This document shows positions 35,894 through 43,856 of a stretch of DNA of 43,856 bases, in pieces. The position numbers and the translations under genes were made by a program. Origin of the DNA: Candidatus Altiarchaeota archaeon (GTDB lineage: Archaea > Altiarchaeota > Altiarchaeia > IMC4 > QMZM01); NCBI GenBank assembly GCA_018897475.1, contig JAHIKS010000093.1, positions 1-43,856 of the forward strand, read 5' to 3'. The notes beneath the pieces were generated by a model. The model saw nothing but the letters and a program-made list of their open reading frames with translations, had not been told where the DNA came from and did not search any database. The first letter of the stretch is position 1; each line of letters opens with the position of its first letter.

Positions 35894-36733
35894 ATGAACC
35901 ACGCTGCTCTGAAGAAACGACTTCGGGAGATGGTCCGCGAGGATGTGGGGGCAAAGGACATAACAACGGCACTCACCCCCAACAAGAAAGTCAGGGCAGA
36001 GATTATAGCAAAGGAGCCCTGCACGGTGGCAGGAATCAAGGAACTGGATTCATTATTTTCTTTATTTAACATAAAAATTACGAATTCTGCCCGAGATGGC
36101 ACGGCGGTAAAGAAGAACCAGAGAACTCTTTCTCTTTCCGGAAACTCCCACGACATCCTTGTTGTTGAAAGAACGGCACTCAATATTCTATCAAGAATGA
36201 GCGGAATAGCCACCCTGACATCGGAGATTCTAAAAGAGGCAAGGAAGAGCAGCCCGAAGATAAGGATTGCGGCGACAAGAAAGACAACCCCCCTCTTCGG
36301 ATATTTCGAGAAGAAAGCAGTAAAGGTTGCCGGGGGAGAAACACACCGCATGGGCCTGTGGGACATGGTTCTTATCAAGGACAACCACCTCAAACTCTTC
36401 AGCAGTATAACTCAGGCAGTGAAGAAGGCAAAAGAGAAGACGCCCAACGGCATCCAGATAGAGATAGAGGTCACAGCTCCGGAGGGGGCACTGGAAGCGG
36501 CAAAGGCAGGGGCAGACATAATCCTGCTCGACAACTTCACACCGAAGAGGATAGAGAAAGCAATAGCACTGCTGGAGAAAAGCGGCCTGAGGACGGGCGC
36601 TGTCCTTGAGGCCTCCGGCGGCATAAGAAAGGAAAACATCAAGGACTATGCAAAGACCGGCGTTGATGTAATCTCGCTCGGAATGTTAACTCACTCAGCA
36701 AAAGCGAAGGACTTCTCGCTGAAAATAATATAA
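35894..36733 (+). CDS. nadC: Nicotinate-nucleotide pyrophosphorylase (quinolinate phosphoribosyltransferase)
   Basis: 279 aa. 'VVERTALNILSRMSGIAT', 'IAATRKTTP', 'HRMGLWDMVLIKDNH', 'IEIEV' and 'DIILLDNF', 'EASGGI' are hallmark NadC motifs. Confidence 0.9.
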   Translation: MNHAALKKRLREMVREDVGAKDITTALTPNKKVRAEIIAKEPCTVAGIKELDSLFSLFNIKITNSARDGTAVKKNQRTLSLSGNSHDILVVERTALNILSRMSGIATLTSEILKEARKSSPKIRIAATRKTTPLFGYFEKKAVKVAGGETHRMGLWDMVLIKDNHLKLFSSITQAVKKAKEKTPNGIQIEIEVTAPEGALEAAKAGADIILLDNFTPKRIEKAIALLEKSGLRTGAVLEASGGIRKENIKDYAKTGVDVISLGMLTHSAKAKDFSLKII

Positions 36734-36734
36734 A

Positions 36735-37043
36735 ATGTTCTGTCTTGCGTACATAACCTGTGGAAACAGGGAGGAAGCGGAAAGGATTTCGGATGCTCTA
36801 GTTAAAGAGAAGCTCGCAGCGTGCGTAAATTTCTTTCCAATAAATTCCGTATTTGAATGGGGCGGGGAAATAAAACAGGAAAAGGAGTTCGCCCTGCTGT
36901 GCAAAACGATGGAGGACAAAATCCCCCACCTAAAGAAAAAGGTAAAGGAAATTCACAGCTACGAGATTCCTGCAATCCTCGTCATGGAAATAAAAGAGGG
37001 AAACGAGGAATTCCTTGGGTGGGTTGAGAAGTCTCTGGAATAA
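36735..37043 (+). CDS. cutA: Divalent-cation tolerance protein CutA
   Basis: 102 aa. 'AACVNFFPINSVFEWGGEI' and 'HSYEIPAI' match the CutA1 pattern. Confidence 0.8.
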   Translation: MFCLAYITCGNREEAERISDALVKEKLAACVNFFPINSVFEWGGEIKQEKEFALLCKTMEDKIPHLKKKVKEIHSYEIPAILVMEIKEGNEEFLGWVEKSLE

Positions 37044-37044
37044 T

Positions 37045-37182
37045 GTAGTGCCTAACCCTTGGTGCTGTTTTGTAGTGCCTAACTCTATGGGGGCGTAGTG
37101 CCTAACTTTCTAGAACCGCAGTGCCTAACTCTATTGTGCTGTGGCGTAGTGCCTAACTTACCCCCCAAACGTAGTGCCTAAC
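37045..37182 (+). repeat. Array of six spaced copies of the 12-nt motif GTAGTGCCTAAC
   Basis: Copies at 37045-37056, 37072-37083, 37095-37106, 37118-37129 (GCAGTGCCTAAC), 37146-37157 and 37171-37182. Spacers are 15, 11, 11, 16 and 13 nt. The array occupies the complete cutA/tsaC convergent gap. Confidence 0.95.
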
Positions 37183-37760
37183 TACTCCCTGAGAACCTTC
37201 CCGGAGCGCAAATCAATAACCTTCGACGGCTTCCCTATTCTACATGGCCCGGAGTCGATAACGAGGTCTACTGCATCCTTTATCTCGTCAGAAATCTCAT
37301 CCACGCTTGCCGGGGGCGCATTGCCCGAGACGTTCGCGGATGTTGTTATAATCGGGACTCCCACTTTCTCGACAAAACCCCCCACCACCGCGTGGTTGGG
37401 AATCCTCACCCCCACATCGTCCTTGCCAGCAGTGACGACATCGGGAATTCCCTCTTTTTTCTCTAGAATGAATGTGTATGGTTCATCAATATTATCAAGT
37501 ATGAATCTCCTCTCCTCGTCCCCGACAACCGCATACTCCTCAACCATCTCGATGCTGGAAAAGGCAACGGACAACGGCATGTCTCTACCCCTCTTCTTAA
37601 TATCAAAAATTCTCTCCACGTTGGGGGAATCTATGGAGCAACCGAGCCCATAGACGGTGTCTGTTGGGTATATAAGAACTCTGCCATCCCTCAAAAAATC
37701 CGCGGCGCATAGAATCTTATCCCCTTCAGGATTATCTGGAGAAATTCTTAGAATCTTCAT
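37182..37760 (-). CDS. tsaC: L-threonylcarbamoyladenylate synthase (YrdC/TsaC-type, Sua5 N-domain only)
   Basis: 192 aa. 'YPTDTVYGLGC', 'KKRGRDMPLSV' and 'TTSANVSG' are YrdC-domain hallmarks. Confidence 0.85.
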   Translation of the reverse strand: MKILRISPDNPEGDKILCAADFLRDGRVLIYPTDTVYGLGCSIDSPNVERIFDIKKRGRDMPLSVAFSSIEMVEEYAVVGDEERRFILDNIDEPYTFILEKKEGIPDVVTAGKDDVGVRIPNHAVVGGFVEKVGVPIITTSANVSGNAPPASVDEISDEIKDAVDLVIDSGPCRIGKPSKVIDLRSGKVLRE

Positions 37761-37783
37761 GTTGACTGTGGCAAACCAATAGT

Positions 37784-37942
37784 CTACGGCCCTTTAAAGC
37801 CGCACTTTTCGCACACATACGGTGTACCAAGCCCCCTGCATGACCCACACCTTATCATCTCAGTCTCGCCGCACTGGGGGCACTTAAATTCAACAAACTT
37901 CTGCCTTACCTCTGTTCCGCAACTGCTACATAATTTGACCAT
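37784..37942 (-). CDS. Small double zinc-ribbon protein (COG2888-like)
   Basis: Not in the ORF track (52 aa). My hand translation is MVKLCSSCGTEVRQKFVEFKCPQCGETEMIRCGSCRGLGTPYVCEKCGFKGP*. It has four CxxC pairs. Confidence 0.55.
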   Translation of the reverse strand: MVKLCSSCGTEVRQKFVEFKCPQCGETEMIRCGSCRGLGTPYVCEKCGFKGP

Positions 37943-37986
37943 TTCTGGATATTTGTATTCGATTGAATATTAATATAATATAGAGA

Positions 37987-39261
37987 ATGCGAAAACCCAT
38001 CCCAAAACCAGGAACCTCGGTAGAGATAAAAACTAAGGAGAAGACATACGAGGGGATTCTGATGGAAAGGCCCGCCTTAGCCAAGGACAAGTGCGTGGTA
38101 ATAAAACTGGAGAGCGGGTACAACATGGGCATAAAGGAGGGGAAAATCGATAGTATCAAACCCCTCAAGAAGAAACCCAAAGCTGAGGAATTCAAACCCA
38201 CCAAGCACAGAAAAGACCCGAAAAAGCCAAACATCTCCGTCCTGGCGACGGGGGGCACCATAGCCAGCAGGGTTGACTATCTTACCGGGGGCGTGCATTC
38301 GGCCTTTTCAGCAGAGGAACTAATATCTGCCGTGCCTGAGCTGGAGGAGATTGCAAACCTCTCTGGAAGGCAGCTCTTCAACAAGTTCTCGGAGAACATG
38401 CAACCAGAGGACTGGATTAAAATTGCAGAGGAAACGGCAAAGGAGATAAAGAAGAAATCTGCTGGAGTGGTCATCACCCATGGAACAGACACCATGCACT
38501 ATACCTCAGCGGCACTGGCATTCATGCTGAAAACCCCAGTTCCTGTAGTGATTACAGGGGCACAAAGGAGCTCCGACAGGGGCTCGAGCGATGCTGCGTT
38601 CAATCTGATAAATTCTGCAAGGGTTGCTGCCAACGGAAAATTCGGAGAGGTCTGCGTTGTCATGCATGCGGAGCCTTCCGATTCCCACTGCCTAATCCAT
38701 CCTGCAACCAAGGTAAGAAAGATGCACTCCAGCAGGAGAGACGCCTTCAGGAGCGTGAATTCGAAACCCCTTGGAAAGGTTTCAGAAGAAGGGATAGGAT
38801 TCTTCCAGGAGATGAATAAAGGAAATAAACTGGAACTGGATACAAAACTGGAGGAAAAAGTATCCTTATTGAAATACCATCCAGGAACGAATTCTAAAAT
38901 AATCGATAATTTAGTGAAGGAAAACTACAAGGGAATTGTCTTTGAGGGCACGGGCCTGGGGCACGTATCCGAGGCCATTTTCGATTCAATAGAAAACGCA
39001 ATAAACTCCGGGGCTGCTGTTGCAATGACCTCCCAGACGATATTCGGCACCGTAAACATGAACGTCTACTCCACGGGCAGGAAGCTCCTCGACATGGGAG
39101 TAATTGCGTGTGGAGACATGCTCAGCGAAACAGCCTACGTAAAGCTGATGTTCGTTCTCGGCCACACCAAGAAACAGGAAAAGGCAAGGGAGATGATGCT
39201 AACGAATTACGCGAGGGAACTCACAGAGGGGTGTGGGGTCGACCCCCCGGACCTATACTAA
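37987..39261 (+). CDS. gatD: Glutamyl-tRNA(Gln) amidotransferase subunit D
   Basis: 424 aa. Small N-terminal domain, then asparaginase-like 'ISVLATGGTIAS', 'VVITHGTDTMHYT' and 'VVITGAQRS'. Confidence 0.9.
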   Translation: MRKPIPKPGTSVEIKTKEKTYEGILMERPALAKDKCVVIKLESGYNMGIKEGKIDSIKPLKKKPKAEEFKPTKHRKDPKKPNISVLATGGTIASRVDYLTGGVHSAFSAEELISAVPELEEIANLSGRQLFNKFSENMQPEDWIKIAEETAKEIKKKSAGVVITHGTDTMHYTSAALAFMLKTPVPVVITGAQRSSDRGSSDAAFNLINSARVAANGKFGEVCVVMHAEPSDSHCLIHPATKVRKMHSSRRDAFRSVNSKPLGKVSEEGIGFFQEMNKGNKLELDTKLEEKVSLLKYHPGTNSKIIDNLVKENYKGIVFEGTGLGHVSEAIFDSIENAINSGAAVAMTSQTIFGTVNMNVYSTGRKLLDMGVIACGDMLSETAYVKLMFVLGHTKKQEKAREMMLTNYARELTEGCGVDPPDLY

Positions 39262-39465
39262 TTCCTTTATCACAACATCGCACGCTGCAAGAATAACCAG
39301 CCCTATAACGGCAGAGAGAACAAGACTCAGCCCCACGTCATTCGGCAGGAAATAGACGTCCAGCAGACCCCAGATTCCGCGCCAGAACATAATCACTGCA
39401 ACACCGATTATAAGGGCAAAGAGCTTCTGGTGGTTTGTCTCCAACTTTTTAAACGCCTTTAGCAT
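39253..39465 (-). CDS. Small two-TM membrane protein, hypothetical
   Basis: 70-aa ORF with two hydrophobic helices. It overlaps the gatD 3' end by 9 nt. No motif recognised. Confidence 0.35.
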   Translation of the reverse strand: MLKAFKKLETNHQKLFALIIGVAVIMFWRGIWGLLDVYFLPNDVGLSLVLSAVIGLVILAACDVVIKELV

Positions 39466-39492
39466 ATTTATCTATTACCTGTTTGTTAAAAA

Positions 39493-40752
39493 ATGTTTAT
39501 CGGTTTGGATGATACGGACTCCCTGAAGGGGGGATGCACTACATACTTAGCAGCGCTGCTATGCAGGGAGCTGGGCACTACAAAAAACCCGAAACTAATC
39601 CGGCTCAATCCGAACATCCCTTACAAGACAAGGGGCAACGGCGCAGTCGCAATTGAGGTGGATGGAAACCCCGCTAGAATAAAGGAAGTGGCCCTGAATC
39701 TGGTCAAGGAACACGCCCACACCAAGGACAAGAGAACAAACCCCGGCGTGGCATTCATTGATAATCTAAATTCAAAAAATAAAAAGAGCCTCAATGAATT
39801 CTACCAGAGAGCGGTCTCGGAACTCGTCACAATCGAGGAAGCCGAGGAGACCGCAGCCAAAACCAATGCAGAAATTCACAAATTCAACAACGGTAGAGGC
39901 ATCATCGGCGCGCTGGCAGCAATTGGTGCGGGTCTCGATGACAGGACCTATGAGCTAATTGCCTACAGGAAGAAGGAGAACTGTGGAAAGCCCAAAGGGA
40001 TAGATGAGGATTCTGTATTTGCGATGCACGAACGGCTCCACCCTCAGGTATTCAATTCCATAGACCCAGAGACAGGACAGATTCTCATAACCCCGCACGG
40101 CTACGACCCGGTCTTCTGCGGAATCAGGGGCGAGTCTCCGGAGGCAGTTCTGGAGGCATGGAAGTCCATAAAACCGCTGGAAGAGATAGAATTCATCCAA
40201 ATATTCGAGACAAACCAGGGGACCGACGCCCACCTCAGGGAGAATAAAATATCCGAGCTAAAGCCCTATGACTGTGCCATCCTGGAAGGCGCCGTTGCCA
40301 GCAACTCAAGAACAATCGAGGGCGGCCACGTTTTCTTTTCAATTGCTGACGGCACAGGAGAGATTGACTGCGCGGCCTACGAGCCAACAGGGAGATTCAG
40401 GGAGATAACAAGGAAACTATTAACTGGGGACAGAATTCGCGCCCACGGAGGAATTGGAAGATATATCAATACCCTAAACCTTGAAAAGATTGAAATTTTA
40501 GAATTGATTAAGGCACATAAAAAAGAATCTCCTGCCTGCTGCGGCCGGACTATGACATCAGCAGGAAAAGACAAGGGCTTCAAGTGCAGGAAGTGCGGCA
40601 AGAGAAAGGATTCGAACTCTGCAGTAATCCAGGAAATTCCCAGAGGGCTGAAAGACGGATTTTATGAGGCGCCCCCAAGGGCGATGAGGCACCTGAGCAA
40701 GCCGATAATAAGGGCGCAGCAGCGAATTTCAACAGACAAAACCGATATGTAG
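39493..40752 (+). CDS. tiaS: tRNA(Ile2) 2-agmatinylcytidine synthetase TiaS
   Basis: 'MFIGLDDTDSLKGGCTTYLAA' and 'LIRLNPNIPYKTRGNGAVAI' form the TiaS N-terminal hallmark. C-terminal OB region and zinc ribbon 'CCGRTMTSAGKDKGFKCRKCG'. Confidence 0.85.
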   Translation: MFIGLDDTDSLKGGCTTYLAALLCRELGTTKNPKLIRLNPNIPYKTRGNGAVAIEVDGNPARIKEVALNLVKEHAHTKDKRTNPGVAFIDNLNSKNKKSLNEFYQRAVSELVTIEEAEETAAKTNAEIHKFNNGRGIIGALAAIGAGLDDRTYELIAYRKKENCGKPKGIDEDSVFAMHERLHPQVFNSIDPETGQILITPHGYDPVFCGIRGESPEAVLEAWKSIKPLEEIEFIQIFETNQGTDAHLRENKISELKPYDCAILEGAVASNSRTIEGGHVFFSIADGTGEIDCAAYEPTGRFREITRKLLTGDRIRAHGGIGRYINTLNLEKIEILELIKAHKKESPACCGRTMTSAGKDKGFKCRKCGKRKDSNSAVIQEIPRGLKDGFYEAPPRAMRHLSKPIIRAQQRISTDKTDM

Positions 40753-40760
40753 TGCCTAAC
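40749..40760 (+). repeat. Solitary copy of the 12-nt motif overlapping the tiaS stop codon
   Basis: GTAGTGCCTAAC exact. Its internal TAG (40750-40752) is the tiaS stop codon. Confidence 0.9.
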
Positions 40761-40812
40761 TTTCCCCCAACCTATTTAATCCTCCATTCCTAATTCTATT
40801 ACACTCCCAGAG

Positions 40813-42954
40813 ATGGAAAACAACTACAAATCCAAGGTCAAGGTAAGGACGTCCAAGACAACATTTGAGGTATTTGACAGCGAGAAGATAACAAAATCTC
40901 TGGTGAGGGAGACTGGCCTTGACGAGAAGAAATCAAGAGAGGTAGCACAGGCGGTTGAGAAGGAGCTCCAGGGACTCAAGCTCGAATACGTTACTGCTCC
41001 ATTAATCAGGGAGATAGCAAACGTAAAGCTGCTCGAGCACGGCCTTGAGGACATAAGGGCCAAGTACACTCGGCTCGGAATGCCGGTCTATGACGTAAAA
41101 AACCTGATAGAGCTCCCCTCAAAGGAGAACGCAAACCTGCAGTACAATCCTGAATCCATTCATAAGCTTCTTGCAGACCAGGTTTCCAAGGAATATACTC
41201 TGATAAACGTGCTTCCTCTGGAGCTGGCAGACGCTCACATGGCCGGGGAAATTCATATCCACGACCTGGACTACTTCATAAGGCCCTTCTGCTTCTCCCA
41301 CGACATAAGATTCTTCCTGAAGAACGGCTTCAAGGCCGATGGAATCGGCAACCACACAGCAATTGCGGGGCCCGCAAAGCGCCCTGAAGTAGCCTTCCTA
41401 CACGCAGCAAAGGTCCTTGCGGCATCACAGACAAACTGCGCTGGCGGCCAGGGCTTCAGCTTTTTCAATACATTTCTTGCACCCTTCATAACGGGTCTTG
41501 ACTACAAGAAGATAAAACAGCTGGCCCAGATGTTCATCTACGAGCTGTCGCAGATGTATGTTGCAAGGGGCGGCCAGGTAGTTTTCAGCTCAATAGACTG
41601 CGACATGTCGGTCCCGAAGCAGTTCAGGGACATCCCCGCAATCTTGCCCGGGGGGGAGATTAAGGACTCCGTAACATACGCGGACTTCGAGGACGAAACA
41701 AGAAACCTATTTAATGCAATCCTTGATGTCTATCTTGAGGGGGACTACATAGGAAAGCCCTTCAATTTCCCCAAATTCGAGGTACAGATTCATCCTGATG
41801 AACTAAAAAACGGCAAGAACTCCGAAGAATTGATGAAGGTCTCGGAACTAGCTGCAAAATTCGGAACCCCCTACTACATAATAAACCAGCCATATATGCC
41901 TGAGTTTGCGTGTTACCAGTGTTGCAGTTTCCTTATGCCGTTAGACGAATCATCAACAGACGACGACATAAGGAACGGAACCATAAGGGGTGGGGGCTTA
42001 CAGGTAATTACAACAAACCTACCTCAAATTGCATACGAGGCCAATGGCAATGATGACAGATTCTTCGAGATACTCCGAGACAGGATGGAGAAGGCAAAGA
42101 AGACACTCCTGCTGAAAAGGCAGACCATAAAAAGAAACCTTGATAACAACCTTCTTCCATTCATGGGTCAGCCAGTAAACGACAAGGAAAGATACCTCGA
42201 GGTTGACAAACAAAGCTACATAATCGGGCTAGTCGGTATGAACGAGGCTGTAAAAGCACACACGGGGGAGGAGCTACACGAGTCAGATAACGCATGGAAA
42301 TTCGGTCTCAAGGCAATGAAGGCGATGAAGGACACGGTAGCAGAATTCAGAGAGGAAACGAAGCTCAACTTCACCCTTGCTAGAACCCCCGCGGAATCAT
42401 CCGCCTACAGGCTTGCTCAGATAGACCTCAGGAAATACGGGGACCGGGCGGTAGTGAACGGCGAAAACGAATCAGCCTACTATTCCAATTCATTCCACAC
42501 GAGGCCATCAGCGGATATTCCCCTGTGGAAGAAGCTCACGATAGAAGGGGCCTTCCACCCCCTCACGGACGGGGGAGCAATGAGCCACGTTTATCTGTCA
42601 GAGAAGAACCCCAGCCCCGAGGGCATATATGAACTGACAAAGAAGATTGCAACAAAGACGGCAATCCAGTACTTCGCGTTTACAAAGGATCTGTCTGTCT
42701 GCAGCAAATGCAACTTCACCTCTGGGGGGCTGGTCGATGAGTGCCCGAACTGCAGCTCCAAGAACATTGACTGGTGGTCCAGAATCACAGGATACTATCA
42801 GAACGTTGCAGGCTGGAACAAAGGCAAACTGGCAGAGCTTAGCGAAAGGAGAAGGTATGGCCTTTCCGACGGCTCAGGGGAACTCCCATCAAACGTAAAG
42901 AAGAAGCTCAGCAAGGAGGGCAAAGCCGGCTGGGACGGAAACTTTGACTTTTAA
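40813..42954 (+). CDS. nrdD: Anaerobic (class III) ribonucleoside-triphosphate reductase
   Basis: 713 aa. N-terminal ATP-cone-like region, C-terminal zinc site 'CSKCNF...CPNC', and the glycyl-radical motif 'SRITGYYQNV'. Confidence 0.9.
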   Translation: MENNYKSKVKVRTSKTTFEVFDSEKITKSLVRETGLDEKKSREVAQAVEKELQGLKLEYVTAPLIREIANVKLLEHGLEDIRAKYTRLGMPVYDVKNLIELPSKENANLQYNPESIHKLLADQVSKEYTLINVLPLELADAHMAGEIHIHDLDYFIRPFCFSHDIRFFLKNGFKADGIGNHTAIAGPAKRPEVAFLHAAKVLAASQTNCAGGQGFSFFNTFLAPFITGLDYKKIKQLAQMFIYELSQMYVARGGQVVFSSIDCDMSVPKQFRDIPAILPGGEIKDSVTYADFEDETRNLFNAILDVYLEGDYIGKPFNFPKFEVQIHPDELKNGKNSEELMKVSELAAKFGTPYYIINQPYMPEFACYQCCSFLMPLDESSTDDDIRNGTIRGGGLQVITTNLPQIAYEANGNDDRFFEILRDRMEKAKKTLLLKRQTIKRNLDNNLLPFMGQPVNDKERYLEVDKQSYIIGLVGMNEAVKAHTGEELHESDNAWKFGLKAMKAMKDTVAEFREETKLNFTLARTPAESSAYRLAQIDLRKYGDRAVVNGENESAYYSNSFHTRPSADIPLWKKLTIEGAFHPLTDGGAMSHVYLSEKNPSPEGIYELTKKIATKTAIQYFAFTKDLSVCSKCNFTSGGLVDECPNCSSKNIDWWSRITGYYQNVAGWNKGKLAELSERRRYGLSDGSGELPSNVKKKLSKEGKAGWDGNFDF

Positions 42955-42955
42955 A

Positions 42956-43204
42956 ATGGCCAGGCTAAAACTCTTCACAGCGACCAAATGCCCAAAATGC
43001 CCTGAGGCAAAGAGGGTTGTGGAGGAAGTAGCAAAGGATTTAAACCTAGAGTATGAAATTGTTAACATAGACGAGGGAGATAACCTCATCAATGCGTTAC
43101 AGTATCAGATTGCCTCCACCCCCTCGATAGTAATAGACGAGCAGGCGGAATTCATCGGGGTTGTTCCGACCAAGGAGGAACTGGTACAAAAACTAAACAA
43201 ATAG
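42956..43204 (+). CDS. Glutaredoxin/thioredoxin-like small redox protein
   Basis: ORF track 42944..43204; ATG at 42956. 'LFTATKCPKCPEAK' (CPxC) in a thioredoxin-fold-sized protein (~82 aa). Confidence 0.7.
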   Translation: MARLKLFTATKCPKCPEAKRVVEEVAKDLNLEYEIVNIDEGDNLINALQYQIASTPSIVIDEQAEFIGVVPTKEELVQKLNK

Positions 43205-43208
43205 CAGA

Positions 43209-43727
43209 ATGTATCATATAGCTGCTTACTCCCCGAACGATTCTGAAATCCACAAAGCAACGGACATATCAGAGGTCAAGAAATTTCTCGGCAAACACCC
43301 GGTTACATGGCTTCACATTTCTCATCCAAAAGAAAAGGACATCGAGTCCCTTGCTGAGATATTTGGTTTTCACCACCTTCCACTGGAAGACATCATAAAA
43401 TTCAAGCAGAGGCCAAAATTTGAGGACTATGATGACCACTTCTTTCTGACAATAAACATAATCGAATACTCCAAGGCGGTTGAGGCCCATCAGCTTGCGA
43501 TGTTCGTCGGCGACGACTATGTTGTTACAATCTGCGAAAAGGAAAACAACTGCATAGACGAAGTCCTGAAAAGGATAGAATCAAAGAACCCGAGAATTCT
43601 TGCCAACAAGACCGGATTCCTCTGCTACCTCATTCTCGATACGGTAACAAACAACTATTTCCCGACCCTTGACGCGGTCGAGGGGGAAATCGAGAGCATT
43701 GAGAAGGAGATAATAACCCAAGTTTGA
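43209..43727 (+). pseudogene. corA: CorA-type Mg2+/Co2+ transporter, N-terminal cytoplasmic domain only (truncated)
   Basis: 'WLHISHPKEKDIESLAEIFGFHHLPLEDI' and 'FEDYDDHFFLTINII' fit the CorA N-domain. The ORF stops at 172 aa, before the long stalk helix, the two TM helices and the GMN motif. The stop lies within the first copy of the repeat-rich tract (43723-). Confidence 0.6.
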
Positions 43728-43856
43728 CAGTTTGACGGCGTTTCCACTATTTTGACAGGAATTACTATTTGACAGATACGCAAATCAACTGGTTTTTGTC
43801 ATGAAATCGCCTGGTTTTTGACAAAAATCAGCCTGTTTATGGGGTTGAAGTTGGAG
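43723..43856 (+). repeat. Repeat-rich tract: TTTGACAG/TTGACA copies followed by ~21-22-bp degenerate direct repeats; runs off the window
   Basis: TTTGACAG at 43723, 43751 and 43768, and TTTGACGG at 43731. AAATCAACTGGTTTTTGTCA (43783-), AAATCGCCTGGTTTTTGACA (43804-) and AAATCAGCCTGTTT (43826-) are tandem units. Confidence 0.7.

Noticed and set aside
37045-37182. Possible CRISPR array (also considered for 32791-32935).
   Set aside because: The repeat is only 12 nt, against roughly 24-48 nt for CRISPR. Spacers are 11-16 nt in one cluster and 48/61 nt in the other, so the period is irregular. The repeat has no palindromic stem, and there is no leader or cas operon. The only cas-like gene is a solo Cas4-like nuclease about 28 kb away.
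39536-39546. 11-nt match (GCACTACATAC) between the tiaS 5' coding region and the 32924 motif copy plus flank.
   Set aside because: It shares only the last 7 nt of the motif. An 11-mer coincidence is plausible in a window of this size.
40750-40785. TAG read-through or pyrrolysine recoding at the tiaS stop, because the stop lies inside a conserved motif.
   Set aside because: Read-through would add only about 9 codons before a TAA. No pyl genes or PYLIS-like structure were seen, and the other motif copies are not in coding continuity.

Overview
Archaeal chromosomal segment. Lineage markers are eS17 and eL40 ribosomal proteins, MCM, archaeal DnaG, archaeal-type SAM synthetase, TiaS, GatD, SRP54 and the HMG-CoA synthase/thiolase/DUF35 operon. 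About 50 mostly housekeeping genes sit on both strands, with one tRNA-Arg(UCU) and one tnpB-only IS200/IS605-family element beside that tRNA. No rRNA, CRISPR array or cas operon was seen; there is one stand-alone Cas4-like nuclease. Three things are not explained by the gene map. (i) A dispersed 12-nt motif, GTAGTGCCTAAC, always flanked by pyrimidines, occurs as 11 exact copies plus two 11/12 variants. Six spaced copies fill the whole cutA/tsaC convergent gap (37045-37182). Three lie in the lonB-like/ssb-like convergent gap (32791-32935). One overlaps the tiaS stop codon (40749-40760). Three sit inside CDSs, always antisense and always in the frame encoding Leu-Gly-Thr-Thr. Copies fall into sub-families sharing 15-17 nt, which suggests copying or dispersal. 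It is not a CRISPR array and I cannot assign it to any element class I know. (ii) A ~190-bp element is bounded by a perfect 10-bp inverted repeat and followed by the same T5CT4-type tract that follows the tRNA. It sits between a truncated carB and a Myb-like HTH / LAGLIDADG-like ORF. (iii) Several genes stop short of their family-typical architecture: carB, a LonB-like ATPase without protease domain, a larC N-domain only, and a corA N-domain only. The corA break coincides with a TTGACA-rich, 21-22-bp direct-repeat region that runs off the window end. All functional calls come from motif recognition by eye, with no searches run.
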